IMG/VR virus record: IMGVR_UViG_3300044846_003008
DNA: 64,000 nucleotides
Source of the DNA: a virus
Strand: one strand, 5' to 3'
The number at the start of each line of letters is the position of its first letter. Within the stretch, counting starts at the first letter, position 1. The position numbers and the translations under genes were made by a program. Below, piece by piece: positions 57,681-64,000 of the stretch. The notes beneath the pieces were generated by a model that did not search any database, was not told the origin of the DNA, and was given only the letters and a program-made list of their open reading frames with translations.

Positions 57681-58393
57681 AGATTTTCGTATAAACTTTT
57701 AAGTTTGTAATAATTTAATTTATCATATTTCTCAGTTGAAAGTTTTTCAATTGTTTCATTGATTGCGTTTCTAGTTGAGTTGTCGTGATTTTGATTATAC
57801 ATAGTGTTTAATCTTTCAACCACACTTTCTTTAATTGTAGAATACTTTGGTTCTAACTCAGTATCGTCAACCGATAGTAATTGATTAAATTCTTTCTTTT
57901 CAGATTCATTTAACCCCTCAATATGTTTTGAGATAGTTTTGTTCGCCATAGAAATCATAGAACTTATTGGGACATTTACCACGTCTTTCTGTTTTACAGG
58001 GAATTTAGATAAAGATTCAGAAATAAGTTTTTTACTTTTAATTCTACTTTCAATCGTTAATACACCTGTACTAAATAATGAATCAATTGTTTCATATTGA
58101 TTATTTGATTTACTATTTTTAACCCATAATGATAATTTCTTCATTTCAGACGGGTCAATTTTATTAATAGTGTTCTCAAACAATTTAATTGACTCATTAA
58201 TGTAATCGTCAACAACGGATTCGTTTAGTCCTTTATTAGATGATAAGTCATCATATAAATAAAATAATTTACTAACGTTTTTGTTCTTTAATACGTATTT
58301 ATCGAAGTTTTTTAATTCTTCTTTAAATGTCCCGTTTTTATAAGACTCAAGTAATACGTTTTCAATTTTCGATTTTAATATTCCAAATTTCAT
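57677..58393 (-). CDS. Hypothetical head-module protein
   Basis: 238 aa, immediately downstream of the portal; TATTTAT motif; several (L/I)xE sites. Confidence 0.65.
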   Translation of the reverse strand: MKFGILKSKIENVLLESYKNGTFKEELKNFDKYVLKNKNVSKLFYLYDDLSSNKGLNESVVDDYINESIKLFENTINKIDPSEMKKLSLWVKNSKSNNQYETIDSLFSTGVLTIESRIKSKKLISESLSKFPVKQKDVVNVPISSMISMANKTISKHIEGLNESEKKEFNQLLSVDDTELEPKYSTIKESVVERLNTMYNQNHDNSTRNAINETIEKLSTEKYDKLNYYKLKSLYENL

Positions 58394-58415
58394 TTTTTCG
58401 TTTTTAATATAAATA

Positions 58416-60269
58416 TCAATCTCTTAGAAGTTTGTTCAGTTGACTTTCCATATCACCTAAAGAATTTCTCGCTTTAGATAAATCAATGAACGTTTCTTCG
58501 TTTAATAAATCTTCATTTTCCACTAATATTTTTAAATTATCTCGTCTTTCATATGATTCAGGGGTAACACCTGCTTCACCTCCCGGTTCAGGACCTGGGG
58601 GTGGTGGTGCTGATGGTTCACCTCCTCCGCCACCTAAATCGGGCATTCCTCCCCCTCCTCCTGGAGGTGGTGGTGGTGGTGTAGCACCTGCGGCTGCGGT
58701 TTGAGTCGCTCCTGAAGTGTTTTTAGTTCCGTATAATTTATCAATATTATCAAAGATACCTGTATGTGTGATTAATGTTGCGGTATTTGTTAATTCAGCC
58801 CCAACCGCTTTTTCAACACGTTGTTGTTGTAAGTCTAATTTAATTTCATCATCAGAGAATCCAAGGATATGTTTTTTAGCCCAAGATACTGATACAGGTG
58901 CGATACCTTCAATTGCCGCAACGGCATCTTTGTATAATGTAATTTTTTCTTTCCACGCCTCAACTTTTAATAAGTCGGCTTGTGTTGATGGATTCGCTAA
59001 TCCTAAAGTAAAGTTGGATAATTCGTCTTCAAATCCTAATAAAAATAAATGGATAACCGCGATTTTATTCATTTCCGCAATCATACATTTTTGTATTCTA
59101 TTTATTGTTCTTGCGAAACGAATATCCATTAATGACAAGTTTTTACCTTCACCAACAGGTTCCTCAAATCCTAAGAATGCTTTTGGAACACGTAATGCCG
59201 TTAATAATTTCTTTTGGATATATTCGATATCGGCAATCTCACCTAAGTTTTGTGCTCCCGGTAATGTTTCAATTGGACTTGGTGCTGCTGGGTCACGAAC
59301 AGGGATAAAATAATCTTGGTCTACTGCCATTTGATTATATCTCATATCAACGTTACCTGTTTTACTATCAACAATTTGGTCACGTTTAAATTTGTTAGCG
59401 ACACGTTGTACGTATGGTTCAACATCCTTATCATCCATATTACCAACGAATACTTTAAAAACACGTCTTTCAGGGGCTCTTGATGTTCTATAAATTAACA
59501 TAGCATCCTCAGACAATAATAATTGTTTCCAAATACGTCTTGCTTTCTCTAACATTGATGTACCATATGGAAGTTTTCTATCATCCCCCAATAAACGGAA
59601 GTGAGCGATTTCCCAAGAGTTAAACTCCATATCCTTAACCTTCCATTTAAATCTTAGACCTTTACTTTCAGCCGGTTCTTCAACATTCTGAGTTCTTGCT
59701 GCCATACCACGTTCTAAACGTTCAATTTCGATATTTGGTAATTGCATACAACCAACGATTCCTTTCTCAGCATCTAACTTCAAATAAACAAAGTTATCCC
59801 CGTATTTACAGGTGTTTCTAACCCACATTGGTAAGTTGGTATTAATGTCTAAGATATTGTTGAATAAATCCGTTAAAATTGATTTAATACGTTTTGACTC
59901 TGAGTAGATTTGTAACATATAACCGTTTTGGTCAACTGTTGTTGATTCTTCCCCATAAATGTCTAACGCTGCGGAAATTTCAGGTGTGTATTCCATAGAT
60001 TCATAATCATAGAATGACGCCAAACGTGTTGGTTCATAATAGATTGCTTGTGAGTATAAGTTTGTTTCGATTTTAGACCATTGGTGACCTAAATAAACCG
60101 TTTGTTGTGCTTGTAACTTTTCCCTCTCATAATCGGCTTTAGAAGTTGTTTTTAACAATTCTTTTTTGTCGAACTTATATGTTGGGTAATCTTGATTTAA
60201 CAACGAGTTAGGCCCAAATGCTTGGGACAATCGTTGCCAAACTGTCAAATTTTGATTATTGTTTTCCAT
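58416..60269 (-). CDS. Portal protein (T4 gp20-like)
   Basis: PEISAALD, EDAMLIYRTSRAPERRVF, DYFIPVR, IETLPG, LRVP and DIRFAR; Pro/Gly-rich tail. Confidence 0.96.
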   Translation of the reverse strand: MENNNQNLTVWQRLSQAFGPNSLLNQDYPTYKFDKKELLKTTSKADYEREKLQAQQTVYLGHQWSKIETNLYSQAIYYEPTRLASFYDYESMEYTPEISAALDIYGEESTTVDQNGYMLQIYSESKRIKSILTDLFNNILDINTNLPMWVRNTCKYGDNFVYLKLDAEKGIVGCMQLPNIEIERLERGMAARTQNVEEPAESKGLRFKWKVKDMEFNSWEIAHFRLLGDDRKLPYGTSMLEKARRIWKQLLLSEDAMLIYRTSRAPERRVFKVFVGNMDDKDVEPYVQRVANKFKRDQIVDSKTGNVDMRYNQMAVDQDYFIPVRDPAAPSPIETLPGAQNLGEIADIEYIQKKLLTALRVPKAFLGFEEPVGEGKNLSLMDIRFARTINRIQKCMIAEMNKIAVIHLFLLGFEDELSNFTLGLANPSTQADLLKVEAWKEKITLYKDAVAAIEGIAPVSVSWAKKHILGFSDDEIKLDLQQQRVEKAVGAELTNTATLITHTGIFDNIDKLYGTKNTSGATQTAAAGATPPPPPPGGGGGMPDLGGGGGEPSAPPPPGPEPGGEAGVTPESYERRDNLKILVENEDLLNEETFIDLSKARNSLGDMESQLNKLLRD

Positions 60270-60318
60270 ATAGGTAATTTAATTGTATTTATCCATAATT
60301 AAATACTTTGTATTTTCA

Positions 60319-62085
60319 TTATCTTCTACCTGTCCCAAATAACCAACCATAAGTTTGGTAATCTTGTGATGACACGGCGTTATTATTGTTCATTCTATCC
60401 ATCATATTTGGAACTACGGGATTGAATGATATGTTATCTCTAACAGAATTATTATCATTAACCGACCAAGACTCAATCATTGCTTTTGCTTGTTCAGTCA
60501 CTTTAGTTAATTTACTAAATGAAGTTTCCCCCACATATGTCGCCATTGCAATCGACATAAGTAAATCGTCGTGTCTTCCTTTCTGGTGGTCAGGTCTACC
60601 ATTAATGTAAATAAACGTATCCATTTCATTATATAAACGATGACTATAAATTCGGAAATCGTGTCTCATTGCCTCTTCATATGACGCAATAATCTGAACA
60701 CGTTTATTGTTAAAGTTAATTCCCGGTATCTTTTCTGCGGATTTAGGATTATACTTCCAACTATTATTCATATCTTCACCATCAACATATAGGTCCTTAT
60801 AACCTAACTCTTGTAGTTTACGTGATGTGGAAACACCCATCCCACCCGTGATATCGACTACGATATATGCTGAATACATATTAGCCCATTTATAACAAAT
60901 CTCGGCCATAGTATCGGGGGGTAATTTACCTACGAATTCGGCAACTTGTTCACGAGTGTCAAAATCAACAATTTGAAATGAACTAAAATCCTCACTATCC
61001 CCACGACTGACATCGACACCCATTATATATTTGTGACCAACAACAGGTTCTTTCCAAATCCACAATTGATTACCTAACATTCTGTTTTGAGGTTCCAATA
61101 AATAATTTTCACGGATTTTTTGCATTAATCGAGAATCGAATACATTATCCCCCGAACCAAGGAAGTTACACTCTAACTCTTGGGAAACTTTACGTTTATC
61201 GTATTTAAGTTTCTTAACCATTTTTTCAAACCAATCGGAACAAGGTTTGTAACCATTATTAATTAATTCTTTGGCTTCCTCAAAGTTTCTTTCATCAAAT
61301 GATTTTTCGGACCAACTAATTATTTTTGTTGGGTCATATTCTTCTTTATGTAATAAGTAATGAATTGCGTCTTCAGTTTTAACAAAGAATAAATCTTTAG
61401 TATAACGAGGGTCCCGATACCAATACATTTCCGTAATTTTGAAATCATTCATTCCACGTAATGCTTGGTCATAAATCTCATAATAAATTGGGTCATTACC
61501 ATTAGGTGTTGAAACCACAATTACTTTACCCCCTGTTGATAGGGACGCCATACACGCTGACCAGAAGTCACTATCGGCTTCGATAAACGCGGCCTCATCA
61601 AATACTAATATCGTAGGGGTAAATCCACGTAAAGCATCCTTTGATGTTGCAACGGCTTTAACTTCACAACCATTATTTAATTTCCAATGTTTTGTTGATT
61701 TTTTGTTAGGGTCAATACCTATGTTTACCCAACTTGGCCATTGTGTTGTGAACATTCTAACTTTGTTAGCCATTTCAATTGACGTATCAAGTTTGTTGGC
61801 GATGATTAGAATTTTTTCAGGTTTTTCTTTTCTTGCGAATGCTAATTTTTTTGATATCCAAGCGGCGGTAACTGTCGATACACCTGCCTGACGATATTTT
61901 AATGCGATATTCTCATTGTAGTCTTCATAATCCTGTAGTAACGTAATTTGGTCAGGGAATAACTCTAATGGAACGTATTTTGAAACTGTGTTGTCATATG
62001 TCTGTAGATACGTTTTTAATGCGTAAGACGTGTCTTTCATACATTTGACATATTCCAATAATACTTGGTCTTTTGTTAAACTCAT
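60319..62085 (-). CDS. terL: Terminase large subunit (T4 gp17-like)
   Basis: ELFPDQ, KYRQAGVST (Walker A variant), VFDEAAF, VSTPNG, QELECNF, GVDVSRG and HDDLLM. Confidence 0.95.
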   Translation of the reverse strand: MSLTKDQVLLEYVKCMKDTSYALKTYLQTYDNTVSKYVPLELFPDQITLLQDYEDYNENIALKYRQAGVSTVTAAWISKKLAFARKEKPEKILIIANKLDTSIEMANKVRMFTTQWPSWVNIGIDPNKKSTKHWKLNNGCEVKAVATSKDALRGFTPTILVFDEAAFIEADSDFWSACMASLSTGGKVIVVSTPNGNDPIYYEIYDQALRGMNDFKITEMYWYRDPRYTKDLFFVKTEDAIHYLLHKEEYDPTKIISWSEKSFDERNFEEAKELINNGYKPCSDWFEKMVKKLKYDKRKVSQELECNFLGSGDNVFDSRLMQKIRENYLLEPQNRMLGNQLWIWKEPVVGHKYIMGVDVSRGDSEDFSSFQIVDFDTREQVAEFVGKLPPDTMAEICYKWANMYSAYIVVDITGGMGVSTSRKLQELGYKDLYVDGEDMNNSWKYNPKSAEKIPGINFNNKRVQIIASYEEAMRHDFRIYSHRLYNEMDTFIYINGRPDHQKGRHDDLLMSIAMATYVGETSFSKLTKVTEQAKAMIESWSVNDNNSVRDNISFNPVVPNMMDRMNNNNAVSSQDYQTYGWLFGTGRR

Positions 62086-62110
62086 ATAGATGATTTAACA
62101 TATAAATATC

Positions 62111-62144
62111 AAAAAACCCCCAATTAATCACTTAATGGGGGTTT
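62111..62144 (-). terminator. Intrinsic terminator
   Basis: AAACCCCCA...TGGGGGTTT stem with a U-tract on the minus strand; a TATTTAT motif (62102-62108) follows immediately. Confidence 0.72.
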
Positions 62145-62165
62145 AACTATATTTTTTAATTGGTT

Positions 62166-63623
62166 TTAATCCCAATCATCCATATCTAAATCGTCGAAAT
62201 CACTCATATCTTCGTCGTCATCGTTACTTTGTACCGGTGGTTCTTCATCTTCATAATCATCGTCATCATCGTGACTATTTTGAATTTGAACTCTAACCTC
62301 ACTAACCATACGGTCTATCGCTTTCATTGCAGATGGGTTATTTTGTAACAATCCTTCTGTAAATGATTTTAATTCTTTTGCTGATAACCTACCAAGTTTG
62401 TGGAATAAATATAATTGGATAATTCTTTGGTCGTCCGCAAATATTTCATTCGGCATTGCTTGTTGTAGTTTTTTCCAAAAGATTAAACCTAAACGTGAAT
62501 CCCAAATTTCCCCCGGTAAAGTGTCTTCACTACCCGCTACCATTTTTGATTGTTTTTCATCTTCAGGTAAACTATCCCAAGCCATAAAGTCAAACACACC
62601 TTTTACTAATTCGTGAACTAATAATGGTAATGTCATCGCTTTTGCACTGATGATGTAAGGTCCGTTATCGGTTTCAGGTTCAACTATTTCGACCTGACCT
62701 AATTGTCCCATACCTGATGATGCTGAACTTTCCATATTAGGATAAATCCAATATAAATGTTCCATAGTTGCTTGAGACACATTGTATGCCGTCATCAACT
62801 CAGGATTGATATCGTTAATCTTATCACTCAATTCTTTATACAAATGACCAACATTAAATGCTGCTCCCTGTACAAATGTATTCATAATACGTCTTTTAGT
62901 CTTTTCATCTTTGAATGTTTGAAGTGCATCGGCCTCCATTCTTTTGTCAAAAATTTCTTTACCTTTTTCCCAATCAAAATCTTCGAAATCGGCAGCAAAC
63001 TCTTCTAAGTCTTTTTGATGTTTTTCAGCATTTTTAAATGCGTCAACAACTTGAGCATCACTGAACTTTTCAGGTTGACTTCTCATTCCTCGTGCTGAAG
63101 TCATTGGTGCTGAAATTAATTGTGCTTGTAATTTCAAACGTTTACTATATGGGGGTTTGTCTAAATTAAAATGTTCTGTAACTAATTTCTCCGCCATTTT
63201 TTCGATAGCTTCACTGTTTCTACCTTGGAATCTTGAAATTGTATTTAATGAACTCATCGCAGTACCCATTAAGTTTCTAAACACACTATTTGGGTCACCT
63301 TCCACCATTTGTGAATTATCACCTAACGCCTCTTTAACTTTCTCAACTGAATGTTGGAATGATTCTGAAGATAATATGTCAATTAAATCATCCGACAATC
63401 CCATTTCGTGGAATGGTGTTGATTTATCTTCAATCTTTGATTGAGTTCCACGTTCCATTCTTGACCCCCCAACATTTGAATAATCAATTGGGGCTTCATT
63501 CAATTGTGATTTAATGTTGTCCAATAACGTTTTTTCACGTTTAGTTAGACCTTCATTAATTAATTTGTCGTCTAAATAGTTTTTAACTACTTTAACATCT
63601 TCCATATTAGGGTTTAAACTCAT
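62166..63623 (-). CDS. Hypothetical protein (485 aa) with acidic tail
   Basis: Long ORF; contains LLVHELVKG; no family recognised. Confidence 0.75.
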   Translation of the reverse strand: MSLNPNMEDVKVVKNYLDDKLINEGLTKREKTLLDNIKSQLNEAPIDYSNVGGSRMERGTQSKIEDKSTPFHEMGLSDDLIDILSSESFQHSVEKVKEALGDNSQMVEGDPNSVFRNLMGTAMSSLNTISRFQGRNSEAIEKMAEKLVTEHFNLDKPPYSKRLKLQAQLISAPMTSARGMRSQPEKFSDAQVVDAFKNAEKHQKDLEEFAADFEDFDWEKGKEIFDKRMEADALQTFKDEKTKRRIMNTFVQGAAFNVGHLYKELSDKINDINPELMTAYNVSQATMEHLYWIYPNMESSASSGMGQLGQVEIVEPETDNGPYIISAKAMTLPLLVHELVKGVFDFMAWDSLPEDEKQSKMVAGSEDTLPGEIWDSRLGLIFWKKLQQAMPNEIFADDQRIIQLYLFHKLGRLSAKELKSFTEGLLQNNPSAMKAIDRMVSEVRVQIQNSHDDDDDYEDEEPPVQSNDDDEDMSDFDDLDMDDWD

Positions 63624-63647
63624 TATTATAGGTTTTGTTTGTTAATA

Positions 63648-64000
63648 TTATATTCCTATTGATTTTGATGTTAACCAATCAGGTAATTCATTCTCTTCAA
63701 GACTAACAATCGGTTTCATATTTCTTTTTACTACCGGAAATTTTTTCGGTGATTCAACCATTACATTTTTAATTGTATTAATAAAATCTTGTTTACTCAT
63801 TTTAGGTGAAATATGTTTCTCAACTAATCGTGTAATTTTCTTTTCTAATTCTGATTCATTTGTTGGTAATGTAAATCCGGGTACTGTACTTTTAGCAACA
63901 TTGTTTAATGTTTTTGCGTATAAATTTTGTGCAGTTTTTTGGTAAACAGGTGTTCCATCATCTTCATTTGTTTCAGTTTTCTTTTCAGGTAACTTATCAA
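63648..64000 (-). CDS. Hypothetical protein, C-terminal part (starts beyond the window end)
   Basis: Open frame DKLPEKKTETNE...ESELEKKITRLVEKHISP...ELPDWLTSKSIGI*. Confidence 0.7.
   Translation of the reverse strand, partial: DKLPEKKTETNEDDGTPVYQKTAQNLYAKTLNNVAKSTVPGFTLPTNESELEKKITRLVEKHISPKMSKQDFINTIKNVMVESPKKFPVVKRNMKPIVSLEENELPDWLTSKSIGI

Noticed and set aside
58486-59313. Antisense ORFs in the portal gene, and similar ones in polB, scaffold, MCP and terL
   Set aside because: They lie wholly opposite well-supported conserved genes and show no recognisable motifs.
61870-61905. Terminase Walker A reads RQAGVST, without the canonical Lys, suggesting inactivation
   Set aside because: All other ATPase and nuclease motifs are intact in an essential gene, and an upstream Lys (KYRQ) is present; I treat it as a lineage variant.
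62610-62630. LLVHELVKG as a zinc metalloprotease site
   Set aside because: It reads HExxK rather than HExxH; this is not enough to call a protease.
1-64000. Alternative genetic code (stop-codon reassignment seen in some large phages)
   Set aside because: Genes are full length in code 11, and TAG (7887-7889) and TGA (for example 6387-6389) end genes at sensible boundaries.

Overview
A 64 kb AT-rich segment of a large T4-like (myovirus-type) phage genome, standard genetic code, with no tRNA, rRNA or CRISPR seen. It holds the head module (large terminase, portal, prohead protease, scaffold, major capsid), neck, tail-terminator and tail-sheath genes, a gp5-like baseplate hub, family B DNA polymerase, SNF2 helicase, dUTPase, PhoH, a gp55-like late sigma factor, and a ribosomal protein bS21 gene inside the head module. 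The Bacteroidota-type bS21 (Tyr54), a DUF4494-like gene, a TTTG-N19-TAnnTTTG promoter and SD-less A-rich leaders point to a Bacteroidota host. The most striking feature is a ~20 kb minus-strand island (11.7-31.6 kb). Four probable virion proteins with Thr/Pro mucin-like tracts, one a 2838-aa giant, flank a tightly coupled 7-gene operon: a GT60 polypeptide GlcNAc-transferase, a GT25, two PLOD-type glycosyltransferases, two methyltransferases and an HtrL/GT-A fusion. I interpret this as a candidate phage-encoded mucin-type O-glycosylation system. Other observations: a recurrent TATTTAT late-promoter-like motif, an MnSOD fused to a nuclease-like domain, a LamG-papain protease fusion, shared capsid-targeting-like leader peptides, several short genes missing from the ORF track, a second glycosyltransferase cluster, and apparent avoidance of GATC and CATG. 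All family calls come from motif recognition by eye; no searches were run.
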